DNA of 64,000 nucleotides, taken from contig JBCDJV010000006.1 in NCBI GenBank assembly GCA_038747425.1, positions 13,470 through 77,469 of the forward strand, written 5' to 3'. Position numbers and translations under genes: made by a program. Every line of letters begins with the position of its first letter. Position 1 is the first letter of the stretch. Below the pieces are notes generated by a model. That model was given only the letters and a program-made list of their open reading frames with translations. It was not told the origin of the DNA and made no database searches. This stretch comes from Bacteroidota bacterium. Lineage in GTDB: Bacteria; Bacteroidota; Rhodothermia; Rhodothermales; JBCDJV01. Of this stretch, positions 7,283 to 17,249 are shown in pieces.

Positions 7283-8572
7283 ATGGTTGTGACTCTACGG
7301 CTTCACTTCCTCCTACCTGCCGGGTACCCTCTTATGATCCGCTTGGCATACGGGCGCCGCGTCTGCCTGCTGTTGCCCCTGGTGGTTCTTGGCCTCGTTT
7401 GGACGACCGCCGTACAGGCGGCTCCCGTGGTCGAACGCATCTCCGTGGCCGCGCGGAGCGATGGCGCCGGGTATGTGGTCCGCTTTCACCTTTCTGAGCG
7501 GCTACAGGCCTACAGCGTGCCCACCGCAGACGGTGCCCATGGGATCACGTTCACGCTGTTCAACACCAGGCTGGCCCGTACCGTGCAGCAGGATCCCCCC
7601 CAAGGGCCCCTCAAGCAGCTGCGCTCGCGCATGGAAGCGGGCCACCTTCACATTTCGATGCTCCTGGACGAGACGCAGCCTATCAAGGCCGAGGCCTATC
7701 GAGACCGAGATACTCCGGACTTGCTGCTCAGCTTGACCTACACGGACCAGCCTGCTCGTCAGCAGGCTCTGCCTGTGGCGCCAGTAGCTGTGCGGCCCGA
7801 GGCGGCACCACCAGCCCAGGAAGAGACCGAGCGGTCCACCGAGCGCATCAACGCGTTCAGCGAACGTTGGCAACTGGACACCGTCGTGATCGATGCCGGT
7901 CATGGTGGCCATGACCCAGGTACCATCGGCGTGGACGGGCTCCGCGAGAAGGACATTGTGCTCCCGGTGGCGCTCAAGCTAGGCCAGTACATTGAGGAGC
8001 GGATGGGCCTTCGGGTAGTCTACACCCGAGACACCGATACCTTCGTTGAACTGCATGAACGAGGCCGCATTGCCAACCGGGAACGGGGGAAGCTCTTCAT
8101 TTCGATTCACGCCAACGGACACAGCCGCTCTGGCGCCTACGGCACCGAAACGTTTTTCCTCGGTCTCCATCGCACCGAGACGGCCCGTGAAGTGATGGAG
8201 CGAGAGAACAGCGTGATCCTGCTCGAAGATGACCAAGACTACTACGAGCAGTACGGGGGGGACGTCCAGTTCACGCTGGCCCAGAGTGCCTATCTGCGCA
8301 AAAGTGAGCAACTGGCTAGCCTCATTGAGGACCAGTTTGCCCAGCGCGTGAACCGCAAGAGCCGGGGCGTCAAGCAGGCAGGCTTTATCGTCTTGCACCA
8401 GTCCTCGATGCCCGGCGTACTGGTTGAGCTAGGTTTCCTCACCAACCCTGACGAGGCCGCCTTCCTGCGCACAGAGGAGGGGCAAACTTTTATGGCAAGC
8501 GCCATCTTCCGAGCCGTGCGCGACTTCCGCGCGCAGTATGAGCGGGATCTGCTAAACGCGACGCCCAATTGA
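7283..8572 (+). CDS. N-acetylmuramoyl-L-alanine amidase (Amidase_3 / AmiC-like)
   Basis: VVIDAGHGGHDPGTIG...ISIHANG...ETFFL...AGFIVLHQSSMPGVLVELGFLTNP. An alternative start at ATG 7334 (MIRLAYGRR...signal peptide) is possible. Confidence 0.85.
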   Translation: MVVTLRLHFLLPAGYPLMIRLAYGRRVCLLLPLVVLGLVWTTAVQAAPVVERISVAARSDGAGYVVRFHLSERLQAYSVPTADGAHGITFTLFNTRLARTVQQDPPQGPLKQLRSRMEAGHLHISMLLDETQPIKAEAYRDRDTPDLLLSLTYTDQPARQQALPVAPVAVRPEAAPPAQEETERSTERINAFSERWQLDTVVIDAGHGGHDPGTIGVDGLREKDIVLPVALKLGQYIEERMGLRVVYTRDTDTFVELHERGRIANRERGKLFISIHANGHSRSGAYGTETFFLGLHRTETAREVMERENSVILLEDDQDYYEQYGGDVQFTLAQSAYLRKSEQLASLIEDQFAQRVNRKSRGVKQAGFIVLHQSSMPGVLVELGFLTNPDEAAFLRTEEGQTFMASAIFRAVRDFRAQYERDLLNATPN

Positions 8573-8626
8573 TCGCGTGCCTCCAAGTGCCTCGCCTGCC
8601 CACCACGTTCTTGATGCGCCACCGGC

Positions 8627-9154
8627 ATGTCTGTTGATCCCTCCGCGCTCGCCCAGGCTATCCGAGTCGTGCCTGATTTTCCGCAGGCGGGTATCCAGTT
8701 TCAGGACATCACGCCACTGCTCGGAGATCCCGCCTTGCTGGCACAAGCGGTGTCGCTGCTGGCAGCCCCCTTCAGCGAGGCGGGCATCACCAAGGTGGTG
8801 GCCATTGAGTCACGCGGCTTCATCCTGGGCGCGGCCCTGGCGCATCGCCTGGGCGCAGGATTCGTGCCCATGCGTAAATCCGGCAAGCTACCCTACGAGA
8901 CGCAGGCGGCCTCGTACGACCTGGAATACGGCACCGACACCATCGAAATGCACCAGGATGCGTTGCAGTCCACGGACCGTGTTCTCATCCATGACGATGT
9001 GATCGCCACGGGCGGTACGGCGGCGGCGGCCGCCCAACTCGTACAGGATAACGCGCAACTGTTCGGCTTTGCGTTCCTCCTCGAGATCAAGGCTCTGCAA
9101 GGCCGTGGCCGACTGGATCAGGACACCCCCGTTCACAGCGTACTGACCGTTTGA
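8627..9154 (+). CDS. apt: Adenine phosphoribosyltransferase
   Basis: IRVVPDFPQAGIQFQDITPLL...VLIHDDVIATGGTAAAA (PRPP-binding motif). Confidence 0.9.
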   Translation: MSVDPSALAQAIRVVPDFPQAGIQFQDITPLLGDPALLAQAVSLLAAPFSEAGITKVVAIESRGFILGAALAHRLGAGFVPMRKSGKLPYETQAASYDLEYGTDTIEMHQDALQSTDRVLIHDDVIATGGTAAAAAQLVQDNAQLFGFAFLLEIKALQGRGRLDQDTPVHSVLTV

Positions 9155-9227
9155 CGCGCTCGCCCACCGTGTAGGCCCCGGCCGGCTCGTCGGCGCTCGT
9201 CCATCACGAGTCTCTTCCTCTCCTTCC

Positions 9228-9797
9228 ATGTCTGATCCCCTCCCTATGCGATTCTCTTTCCGCCACGTGTCCAGCAGCGCCATCCTCATGCTGTTGCTGA
9301 TGGGCTGTGACTCTGTCGGGTCTGAAACCGTCACCCTCGTGGCCGACAATCTCGAGTTCGAGTTCGAGTTCAATTCGAACGACGTGGCTACGGGCGCACT
9401 CGTGGATCTGCGCTCGCGCGATGGCATGGACGTAGACCTCGGCACTTTCCTGGCCTCCCAAGGCTTTTCAAAGGCCGACATCCTGGCCGCGCAGGTTGAG
9501 GCCGTACGTCTGGAAATTGCCTTTCCCATCAGCGCCCGGGCGACGTTCCTAGAGTCTGCCATTCTGAAGCTAGAAGCCAACGGGCTCTCGGCCACCGAGA
9601 TCGCCCAGCAAAGCACGTTTCCAAACGAGCGGGGCGCCGACTTCGAGGTGGTGGCCGGACGAGATATTGGGGACCTGGTCAACCGGAGTGGCGGCCTTCA
9701 AGCCATCCTCCAGGTCAACGCGCGCGAGTTAGCGCCCAATACGACGTACGAGCTCGGCGTGTCTCTTCGCATGCGCATCGAGCTGGACGAGGGGTAG
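9228..9797 (+). CDS. Hypothetical lipoprotein
   Basis: Signal peptide plus lipobox-like LLLMGC. No family recognised. Confidence 0.45.
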   Translation: MSDPLPMRFSFRHVSSSAILMLLLMGCDSVGSETVTLVADNLEFEFEFNSNDVATGALVDLRSRDGMDVDLGTFLASQGFSKADILAAQVEAVRLEIAFPISARATFLESAILKLEANGLSATEIAQQSTFPNERGADFEVVAGRDIGDLVNRSGGLQAILQVNARELAPNTTYELGVSLRMRIELDEG

Positions 9798-9834
9798 GTC
9801 ATCGTCTGTGCGCCCTGCTGCCCCCACGGCCGCT

Positions 9835-10233
9835 TCAGCGTACGGCGATGCAGGAGATCTCGATGCGCGCCCCGCGAGGCAGCACCGCCACCTGGACGGC
9901 TTCTCGGGTAGGGGGGCGTTCGCTGAAGTAGCGAGCGTAGATCTCGTTGACCGTGCCGTAGTCGTTCATGTCGGCCAGGAAGACCGTGCAGCGCACCACG
10001 TGTTCGTAGGACATGCTGGCGGCTTTGAGCACGGCGCCCAGGTTCTCAAGCACCTGTTCGGTTTCGGCCTCGATGCCCCCTGAAACCATCTGGCCGGAGC
10101 GTGGGTCAATGGGAATCTGCCCAGAGCAATACAGGGTATCCCCAGCCAGAATGCCTTGGTTGTAGGGACCGATAGCCGCGGGGGCCATCCGGGTCTTGAT
10201 GACGAGTCGGTCTACGACGATGTCTTGAGCCAT
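9835..10233 (-). CDS. ridA: RidA/YjgF family reactive-intermediate deaminase
   Basis: APAAIGPYNQGI...LYCSGQIPIDP...NLGAVLKAA...VRCTVFLADMNDY..VNEIY..F....PTREAVQVAVLPRGARIEI. Confidence 0.9.
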   Translation of the reverse strand: MAQDIVVDRLVIKTRMAPAAIGPYNQGILAGDTLYCSGQIPIDPRSGQMVSGGIEAETEQVLENLGAVLKAASMSYEHVVRCTVFLADMNDYGTVNEIYARYFSERPPTREAVQVAVLPRGARIEISCIAVR

Positions 10234-10397
10234 ACAGAGAGGCGAGTAATAGAGGGGCGGAACGGGACATCCGGCCCGGTACAGCGAGAGCGCTGTAGCA
10301 CCGGATCCTTTAATGTGCTTGCACGCGTGTAGAACTACAATCCTGCCGAGTGAAAGATTGTCGAAGCTCGTGCTTAATCATTTAACTTTTATACAGC

Positions 10398-11210
10398 ATG
10401 AACTTAGGTCTGACCGATCAAGTGGCGCTCATCACAGGGGCTAGCGCTGGCTTGGGGTTTGCAACGGCCGAGGCGTTGCTTCGTGAGGGCGCCCGTGTAG
10501 CACTGTGCAGCCGGGACCAAGCCCGCATCGAAGCAGCCGCCGCCAGCCTGCGTGCGTCGGTGGGCGCCCCTGATGACCATGTGCTGCCCCTGGTGTGCGA
10601 TGTCACCGACGAGGCGCAGATCCAGGCGACGTTAGCCGCTGTGGTGGACGCCTGGGGAGGGCTGCAGGTACTCATCACGAACGCTGGGGGCCCACCAGCC
10701 GGTGCGGCCCTGGCCTTCGACGCTCCGCAGTGGCGTCGGGCTCTGGAGCTCAACCTGATGAGCACGGTCAACCTGTGCCGCCATGCACTTCCACGCTTGC
10801 GCGAAAGTGCTCAGCGGGGGCAACTAGCCCGGGTGGTCATGGTGGCCTCGATTTCCGCCAAGCAACCGATTCCAGGTCTGGCTCTGTCCAACACCGCCCG
10901 CGCAGGCGTGCTGGGCTTCATGAAGAGTCTAGCTGCAGAGGTAGGGCCCGATGGGGTCACGGTCAACGCCGTCTTGCCGGGCTACACGCGCACCGAACGC
11001 CTCACGGATTTGGCCATATCGATTCGTACACGCACCGGGCAGACGGTAGAAGAAGTAGAGGCTGGGTGGGCTGCCGAGTCCGTGCTGGATCGTATTGCCG
11101 ATCCCGTGGAGTTCGCCGAAGTGGTGGCCTTCCTGGCGAGTCGACCGGCTTCGTACCTGACCGGCTTGGCGATCCCTGTGGACGGAGGGGCCTCTCAGCA
11201 TCTCCTCTGA
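10398..11210 (+). CDS. SDR family oxidoreductase
   Basis: ALITGASAGLGFA (TGxxxGxG), NAGG, and the S...Y-less classical layout with N-terminal Rossmann fold. 270 aa. Confidence 0.8.
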   Translation: MNLGLTDQVALITGASAGLGFATAEALLREGARVALCSRDQARIEAAAASLRASVGAPDDHVLPLVCDVTDEAQIQATLAAVVDAWGGLQVLITNAGGPPAGAALAFDAPQWRRALELNLMSTVNLCRHALPRLRESAQRGQLARVVMVASISAKQPIPGLALSNTARAGVLGFMKSLAAEVGPDGVTVNAVLPGYTRTERLTDLAISIRTRTGQTVEEVEAGWAAESVLDRIADPVEFAEVVAFLASRPASYLTGLAIPVDGGASQHLL

Positions 11211-11287
11211 GTCTGATCACAACGGCGTCAGGTAATGGTACGCCTTCCCTTTTTGTCGTCCATCCCCCCTTTTATCGACGTTATCGT

Positions 11288-12199
11288 ATGTCAGAGGCTG
11301 TCATTTTCGCACGGACACTGCTTCGTTTGGACGGCGTGGGGCGCGTCACGGCCGGGCGGTTGCTGCGTCACTTTGGTCGGTACAGCGAGCTGGTGCAGTA
11401 CCCGCGGGAGCAAGTGTTGACCCGGCTGAAGGGTGTGCCCCGTGCGGCGGCCCTCGTGAAGCAGCTCTTTGATCGAGACGCCATGGAGCCTCATCTCCAG
11501 GCCGCCCGGGAGGACCTGGCCCACTTGAGCGCTAAGCGGGTCGCGCTGCTGACCCAGCGCGAGGCCGCGTGGCCGCGCGGTCTCAATGATTTGCCGGCGT
11601 CGCAGCGCCCGCTCATCATGTACGCGTACGGCAATGTGGTCTGCCTCACTCAGCCTCGGGTCGCCATCTTCGGCGCTCCAGGACTTTCTGTGGAGGCTTT
11701 TGAGGGGGCTCAGCGCCTGGCACGCCGCATTCTACAGGGAGGGGGCGTGGTGATCACGGGGATGGCCCACGGGTTCGATGTGGCCCTGCAAAAACTCGCC
11801 CATGCGGGCCCGGCACGATATCCTGGGGCCGTTGTGGCGGACATGGGCATGGCTGTTCTGCCCAAGCCCATGCGCCCTCACGTAACGGCCGCCGTACGCG
11901 CGGCGGGGGTATTTCTGTCGCCCTTTGACATGGATCATGGTCCGTTTGCCTATGATGAAAAGGAGAGTGCCCTCGTGCGGGCGGCCTTGGCCGACGCGGT
12001 GGTGTTCGCCGATCCTCAGCCGGACACCCCCGCCGCTCGTGCCTTGGCGTGGGCGCAGGAAGCGGAGCGTCCGGTTTTTGTGGTGGGTCCTCCGGCGCCG
12101 CATCTGGCTGAACGCATCCACCGTGTGACGACCTCCACTGACGAAGACTGGGTGCTCGAGGCGGCGGGTCTCCGTCCCCGTAGCGGCGAGGACGGGTAG
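11288..12199 (+). CDS. dprA: DNA-processing protein DprA-like
   Basis: N-terminal LLRLDGVGRVTAGRLLRHFG helix-hairpin-like region, then VAIFGAPG...VVITGMAHGFDVALQKLAH Rossmann core. ATG at 11288. The upstream part of ORF 10595-12199 overlaps the SDR gene out of frame. Confidence 0.65.
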   Translation: MSEAVIFARTLLRLDGVGRVTAGRLLRHFGRYSELVQYPREQVLTRLKGVPRAAALVKQLFDRDAMEPHLQAAREDLAHLSAKRVALLTQREAAWPRGLNDLPASQRPLIMYAYGNVVCLTQPRVAIFGAPGLSVEAFEGAQRLARRILQGGGVVITGMAHGFDVALQKLAHAGPARYPGAVVADMGMAVLPKPMRPHVTAAVRAAGVFLSPFDMDHGPFAYDEKESALVRAALADAVVFADPQPDTPAARALAWAQEAERPVFVVGPPAPHLAERIHRVTTSTDEDWVLEAAGLRPRSGEDG

Positions 12200-12210
12200 G
12201 AGGTACGGCG

Positions 12211-13140
12211 TCAACGTGCGCGCCGCATCAACACCAGTCCGCCGATCAAAATGACACCGCCCGCCACTTGAAACGCGGTGACGGCTTCATCCAGGAACAA
12301 GACGCCCGTGATTAGTGCGATAAGCGGCACCAAGTTAGAGTACGCCGCTGTTTGGGAGGGGCCAATCCGTTGGACCGCCAGATTCCAGAGCACCACGGCC
12401 ACTCCGATGGAGAGGCCACCGGAGTATAGTAACGCCCACCATACCCAGACGCCTATGTCAGGCCACGAGACGGCCTGCACGTAGGGGATCCCCAAGGCGG
12501 TCAGGAACGGCAGCATGAAGAGCAAGCTCAGAAAGGTCAAGCTGATAGGCCGCACCTCTTTGAGGACAGGCTTGCTGAGTACCGTGTACAGCGCCCAGAA
12601 CAGTGCGGCGGTCAGCATGATCAGGTTGCCGCGAAAAACATCACTGGAGAGGCTGATCTCGCGCGTGCCGAACAGGATGACACAGGCCGTCCCCATCAGA
12701 GACAGCAGGAGTCCACACCAGCCCAGCGTGTTCAGACGGTCGGCCCCCTGTACCTGACCGATCAAGGCGGTCCACAAAGGGGCACTGGCCATGATGAGCG
12801 CTGCATTCCCGGACGTGGTGTAATCGATGCCTAGGATGAAGCAAAACTGGTAGAGGAGATAGCCCAGAAGGCCCAGCGCGATGATCTGGCGTCCATGGGT
12901 TCTCATGGGCGCAAAAAATGAGGCCCCCGTCTCTCGCTGAGCCCGGGCATGGAGCAGGCCGAGCACAAGCGCGGAGATCACAAACCGGAAGATGTTGACC
13001 ACGTGGGGATGCATCAGCTCCAACACGCCCTTCAAGAGTGGAAAGTTGATGCCCCAGATGGTGACTACACCAAGCAGCAGGGCGTCCCATCGCCACGAGC
13101 GAGCGGTGGGGGTGGAGGTTGAGGTGGAGGTGGAGCGCAT
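12211..13140 (-). CDS. EamA/DMT family transporter
   Basis: Ten hydrophobic segments in two EamA-like halves. 309 aa. Confidence 0.8.
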   Translation of the reverse strand: MRSTSTSTSTPTARSWRWDALLLGVVTIWGINFPLLKGVLELMHPHVVNIFRFVISALVLGLLHARAQRETGASFFAPMRTHGRQIIALGLLGYLLYQFCFILGIDYTTSGNAALIMASAPLWTALIGQVQGADRLNTLGWCGLLLSLMGTACVILFGTREISLSSDVFRGNLIMLTAALFWALYTVLSKPVLKEVRPISLTFLSLLFMLPFLTALGIPYVQAVSWPDIGVWVWWALLYSGGLSIGVAVVLWNLAVQRIGPSQTAAYSNLVPLIALITGVLFLDEAVTAFQVAGGVILIGGLVLMRRAR

Positions 13141-13294
13141 GCAGACTCGTGGGGAAGAAGCAGATGGAACAGAAGGGCGCGTCCGTACGATATCCGGTTC
13201 AGGTCGTACCTTGGGGCACCCTGTATAGGAGCCAGGCGGTCTGTGCAGACCCTGCGCACCGCGCCACTAAACCCTCGATCGCCCCCTTGATCCC

Positions 13295-13633
13295 ATGCAA
13301 CGTGATGGCCTCACCGATGGCATCCCTCGCCTCTACTACTCGATCCGCGAAGTGAGCGATCAGCTGGACCTTGAGCCGCACGTCCTGCGGTACTGGGAGT
13401 CTGAGTTTCCTCGCCTGGCGCCCCGAAAAAATGCGGCCGGTCGGCGCGTGTACACGGAGGAAAACATCCAGGCGCTACGTCGCATCAAGGAACTGCTCAA
13501 AGAGGACAAGTACACGTTGGAGGGCGCTCGCCAGGTCTTGGACCGCGAAGCACGCGGAGAACATACGGACGAGGCACGGCGGGACTTGCGCGCCCTGCGT
13601 GCATTTTTGGCAAACCTACGAGACCAGCTCTGA
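13295..13633 (+). CDS. MerR family transcriptional regulator
   Basis: YYSIREVSDQLDLEPHVLRYWESEF....PRKNAAGRRVYTEENIQALRRIKELL (MerR HTH). Confidence 0.8.
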   Translation: MQRDGLTDGIPRLYYSIREVSDQLDLEPHVLRYWESEFPRLAPRKNAAGRRVYTEENIQALRRIKELLKEDKYTLEGARQVLDREARGEHTDEARRDLRALRAFLANLRDQL

Positions 13634-13706
13634 TTCCTGTTGCGAAATGAAGCGACAGTTCGTTTAATAACAACCCTGTCCTCTGGTCAACAGCCACGAC
13701 GTACGT

Positions 13707-13780
13707 CGGGACGTGGCGCAGCCCGGTAGCGCACCACAATGGGGTTGTGGGGGTCGCAGGTTCAAATCCTGTCGTCCCGA
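13707..13780 (+). tRNA. tRNA-Pro (anticodon GGG)
   Basis: Hand-folded cloverleaf. Acceptor CGGGACG/CGTCCCG, D stem GCGC/GCGC, anticodon stem CCACA/TGTGG with loop AU-GGG-GU, T arm GCAGG-TTCAAAT-CCTGT, discriminator A. CCA is not encoded. Confidence 0.9.
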
Positions 13781-13785
13781 CTGAG

Positions 13786-13814
13786 CCCTCGCTCCTCAGG
13801 AGCGAGGGTTTTTT
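13786..13814 (+). terminator. Intrinsic terminator after tRNA-Pro
   Basis: CCCTCGCTCC-TCA-GGAGCGAGGG followed by TTTTTT. Confidence 0.7.
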
Positions 13815-13873
13815 GTGTCTAGGAGCCATTGGAGGGCGGAGCCTACGGCTGCTCGCTCCGCCCACCGACTTCG

Positions 13874-14623
13874 TCAGCCCGCATACAGGGTGCTGCAGGC
13901 CGTCCAGTCCACCACCTCCCAGAACGCCGAGACGTAGGCGCCTCGCTGATTCTGGTAGGCCAGGTAATAGGCATGCTCCCAGACATCTAGCCCCAAGATG
14001 GGTTGTTGGCCCTCCATGAGCGGTGTGTCTTGGTTGGCCGTGGCGGTGATGCGCAGCAGGCCGGCCTCGTCTTGAACCAGCCAAGCCCAGCCACTGCCGA
14101 ATACACCCCCAGCGGCTTCGGCAAACTCTGCTTTGAAGGCGTCGAAGGACCCGAAGGTCTGGTTAAGTCCGTCGGCCAAGGCCCCACTGGGGAGGCCTCC
14201 TCCAGAGGGGCTGAGCGTTGCCCAGAACAAGGCATGGTTCACGTAGCCGCCTCCGGTGTTCCGTATCGTCTCACGCGCCTCGGCGGGGATCTGCTCTAGG
14301 TCCGCCAGCAAGGCTCCAATGGGCTGGCTCTGGAGGTCGGGCAGATTCTCAAGCGCGGCGTTGAGGCCGTTGATGTAGCCCTGATGATGCCGACTATGGT
14401 GGATCTCCATGGTCTGGGCATCTATGGCCGGCGCGAGGGCATCGTAGGCGTACGGGAGGTCGGGGAGGGCCACCGGGAAGGTAGACTGTGAGCCCGGCAC
14501 GGCTGCGGCCGATGCGGTGGAAGGGCCCGCACCCGTGGCGCAGCCGGGCACCAGGAGAGCGCCGGCTGTGCCCGCCATCATCCATTTAAGTGCATCGCGA
14601 CGGGTGGGCACAGGACGAGACAT
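13874..14623 (-). CDS. Fe/Mn superoxide dismutase with Tat signal and lipobox-like motif
   Basis: LPDLPYAYDALAPAIDAQTMEIHHSRHHQGYI...GWAWL...DVWEHAYYL. The N-terminus MSRPVPTRRDALKWMMAGTAGALLVPGC carries a twin-arginine motif. ATG at 14623. The longer ORF reaching 14848 looks non-coding. Confidence 0.9.
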   Translation of the reverse strand: MSRPVPTRRDALKWMMAGTAGALLVPGCATGAGPSTASAAAVPGSQSTFPVALPDLPYAYDALAPAIDAQTMEIHHSRHHQGYINGLNAALENLPDLQSQPIGALLADLEQIPAEARETIRNTGGGYVNHALFWATLSPSGGGLPSGALADGLNQTFGSFDAFKAEFAEAAGGVFGSGWAWLVQDEAGLLRITATANQDTPLMEGQQPILGLDVWEHAYYLAYQNQRGAYVSAFWEVVDWTACSTLYAG

Positions 14624-14747
14624 AGCGAGACCGGGAGAAAGCGAAAGGGATGAGCGGGCCAGACACCGATGAGCAGGCAAGCGAGTTCCATAAGGCCGTA
14701 CCCAGGCCCGGGGCGAAACAGACCCGTTACAAGTGCAGGAGGCCGCG

Positions 14748-15329
14748 TCAGCGCGGCGGCCAGGGAGTTTGCTTTCGGAGATCGAGGGCTTCTTTGAGGG
14801 CGGGCAACAGCCGCTCCATCTCAGGCCACTCGGCGTCATGGAGAGCATAGGGAATCAGGCCAACCGTGACCTCGACCGTCGTGCGGGTTTTGCGTAGGTC
14901 AAAGAGCGGATCCCAGGTCAGGGGCTGACTGGGGGGCGCGGCCTCCCACGCGGACTGCACCGCCACGGCTCCACCCGCTACATAGATCCGGGCGGGGAGA
15001 CGCTGCAAACTGTACACGCTCCATCCGGCCGCTAGCCCCATCGCGGCGGGGGGGAGGGGAACGAACCACAAGGCCGGGTACCCTTCGAGGACGGCCACCA
15101 GCGCCCCAATCATAGCCGGTAGCATCAACAGACTGAACGGCTGAACTACGTGACGAGCCAGCAGCAAAGGGCGCGAGAGCTCCCGAGGATCGTGCCGACT
15201 GCTGAATCGATGGGAGGAGAGGGCGCTAGGCAAGAGGATCAGCTCTGCTTGAAGAGACAGACAGGGTCTCGGCGGGGCGAAACAAGCGCCGCGCTGGGAG
15301 AAGGCACTGAAGGCGCCGTTCCTCCCCAT
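14748..15329 (-). CDS. Hypothetical membrane protein (start uncertain)
   Basis: Two or three hydrophobic spans in the middle (MLPAMIGALVAVLEGYPALWFVPLPPAAMGLAAGWSVYSL). The N-terminal ~60 codons look non-coding. Confidence 0.3.
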   Translation of the reverse strand: MGRNGAFSAFSQRGACFAPPRPCLSLQAELILLPSALSSHRFSSRHDPRELSRPLLLARHVVQPFSLLMLPAMIGALVAVLEGYPALWFVPLPPAAMGLAAGWSVYSLQRLPARIYVAGGAVAVQSAWEAAPPSQPLTWDPLFDLRKTRTTVEVTVGLIPYALHDAEWPEMERLLPALKEALDLRKQTPWPPR

Positions 15330-15362
15330 CAGCCTGGGGGCGGAGACGAGGGGTCAGCACGG

Positions 15363-16442
15363 CTATCCCACCGTTTCACGCACCGCCAGCTGCCCGCACG
15401 CGGCATCGATGTCTTGCCCACGGCTGCGGCGGACGGTCACGGTCACCCCTTCATCCACCAAGATGCGGATAAACCGGTTGAGGGGCCTCTCGTGGGTTTG
15501 CCTGAAGCCGAGCCCCTCCACAGGGTTGTACATGATGAGGTTGACCTTGCTGGGGGCCCACTGGACCACCTCGGCCAGGTGACGTGCATCAGATGGCGTG
15601 TCGTTTACGCCGTCGAACATGCAATACTCATAGGTGATGCGTCGCCCGGTAGCGTCGGTGTAGTACTGGATGGATTCGCGGAGGGCCGTGAGGTCCGTCG
15701 CTTCTGAGCGATTGACCGGCATGATGGCGCTGCGCTTATCGTCGGTGGGGGCGTGGAGCGAAACAGCCAGGTTGACCCCCACACGGTCGTCGGCCAACTG
15801 CTTGATGCGCCGAGCCAAGCCCACGGTGGAGACGGTGATGCGCTTGGGGGCGAGCCCGAACCCGTCGGCGTGGGTGAGTGCTTCCACGCTGCGCAGGACG
15901 CGGTCGTAGTTGAGCAGCGGTTCGCCCATCCCCATGTAGACGATGTTCGTGATCCGTCGTCCGTACCGGGCCTCGGCAATCTGGTTCATATGCCAGACCT
16001 GCCCGAAGATCTCGCCGGCGGCCAGGTTTTGCTGGAAGCCCATGAGTCCGGTGGCACAGAATGAGCACTGCATGGCACACCCGACCTGGCTGGACACGCA
16101 GACCGTGAGGCGACGGGCACGCGTTCCGTCAGGGAGCAGATCAGGAATCAGGACGGCCTCCACATGGCGTCCGGTGCTGAGCGCAAACAAGCACTTGACC
16201 GTTTGGTCACTGGCGGTTTGCTGGGTAACCTTGGTCAGCGTGGCGATCTGCGTATGCTCGTGCAGGTAGCTGCGAAATCGCTTTGGAAGGTTGGTCATGG
16301 CCTCCACTTCCGTGACTCCCTGGCTATAGAGCCAGGTGAACAGCTGCCGGCCTCGGTATCGGGGCTGCCCGGCCTGGACGGCCAGCTCTTCCAAGCCGGC
16401 GCGGCTCAGGTCATTGAGCACGATGGGAGCACGGGTGGCCAT
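15363..16442 (-). CDS. rlmN: 23S rRNA/tRNA (adenine-C2)-methyltransferase RlmN (radical SAM)
   Basis: VSSQVGCAMQCSFCATG radical-SAM cluster motif, GMGEPLLNY, and C-terminal DIDAACGQL. Confidence 0.9.
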   Translation of the reverse strand: MATRAPIVLNDLSRAGLEELAVQAGQPRYRGRQLFTWLYSQGVTEVEAMTNLPKRFRSYLHEHTQIATLTKVTQQTASDQTVKCLFALSTGRHVEAVLIPDLLPDGTRARRLTVCVSSQVGCAMQCSFCATGLMGFQQNLAAGEIFGQVWHMNQIAEARYGRRITNIVYMGMGEPLLNYDRVLRSVEALTHADGFGLAPKRITVSTVGLARRIKQLADDRVGVNLAVSLHAPTDDKRSAIMPVNRSEATDLTALRESIQYYTDATGRRITYEYCMFDGVNDTPSDARHLAEVVQWAPSKVNLIMYNPVEGLGFRQTHERPLNRFIRILVDEGVTVTVRRSRGQDIDAACGQLAVRETVG

Positions 16443-16452
16443 GAGGCGATGA

Positions 16453-17229
16453 TCAGGCGGTCTCGAACAGGGGTCGGCGCAGCGTCTGCACGGTCAGCCC
16501 GACCATGGCGAGCGCGAAGACGGCGCTTATGCCTACACAAACCGCCATCGGCGCCACAGGGTCCGGGGCGTCAAAAGGCAGATACAACGCTTGCTGCAAG
16601 CCGTTGACGGCATACGTGACCGGATTGAGCCGCATGGCCCACTCCAGCCCCGAAGCCGCGCCGACCACCGGAAAAAACGCTCCAGAGAGGAGCCACAGCG
16701 GCAGCAAGACCAGGTTCATCACCGCATGGAAGCCCCGCGTGGTCTCCATGCGCCACGCCATGGTGACGCCCATGGCGGTAAACGCCAGCGCGAGCAGAAA
16801 GCAGGTGAGAATCGCCAGGATCAGGCCACCCAGCGTGGGCTGGAGGCCCATGGCGGGCAGGAGGAGGAGGAAAAGGACGGCTTGAAGCACGGCCAGGGTC
16901 GTGCCACCAAGGGTGGTGCCCAGCGCCAGCAGGGTACGCGGGATGGGCGCCACGAGCGCAGCCTGCAGGAAGCCGCTCTTGCGTTCCTCGATCACCGAGA
17001 TGGTCGAGAAGATGGCCGTGAAAAGGACCATCAGGGCGATGATGCCCGGAAACAGAAACTCGAGGTAGGTCATGCCCTCCTGGCCTTCCACCTGGAACGA
17101 GCCCTGGAACCCGAATCCAAGCATGAGCCAGAATCCAAGCGGCTGGACCAGAGCACCGATGACGCGGCTCCGTTCGCGCACGAACTTCAGCAGCTCGCGT
17201 TTCCAGAGGACGTAGAGCGAAGACCACAT
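16453..17229 (-). CDS. ABC-2 type transporter permease
   Basis: 258 aa with six hydrophobic spans. Lies immediately downstream of the ATPase gene. Confidence 0.8.
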   Translation of the reverse strand: MWSSLYVLWKRELLKFVRERSRVIGALVQPLGFWLMLGFGFQGSFQVEGQEGMTYLEFLFPGIIALMVLFTAIFSTISVIEERKSGFLQAALVAPIPRTLLALGTTLGGTTLAVLQAVLFLLLLPAMGLQPTLGGLILAILTCFLLALAFTAMGVTMAWRMETTRGFHAVMNLVLLPLWLLSGAFFPVVGAASGLEWAMRLNPVTYAVNGLQQALYLPFDAPDPVAPMAVCVGISAVFALAMVGLTVQTLRRPLFETA

Positions 17230-17249
17230 GGGCGGTGTGGGGTAAGGAG

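Noticed and set aside
7185-7283. Intrinsic terminator after the coiled-coil protein gene (GAGC..GCTC + GGTTTTT around 7250-7275)
   Set aside because: The stem is only 4-5 bp and the structure is ambiguous, so there is not enough to call it.
10595-11287. 534-aa ORF fusing the SDR region to DprA
   Set aside because: The first 231 codons overlap the well-supported SDR gene in another frame and are Arg/Gly-rich nonsense. The true DprA start is ATG 11288.
13874-14848. 324-aa version of the SOD ORF
   Set aside because: The first 75 codons are non-protein-like. ATG 14623 yields a coherent Tat signal directly followed by the SOD domain.
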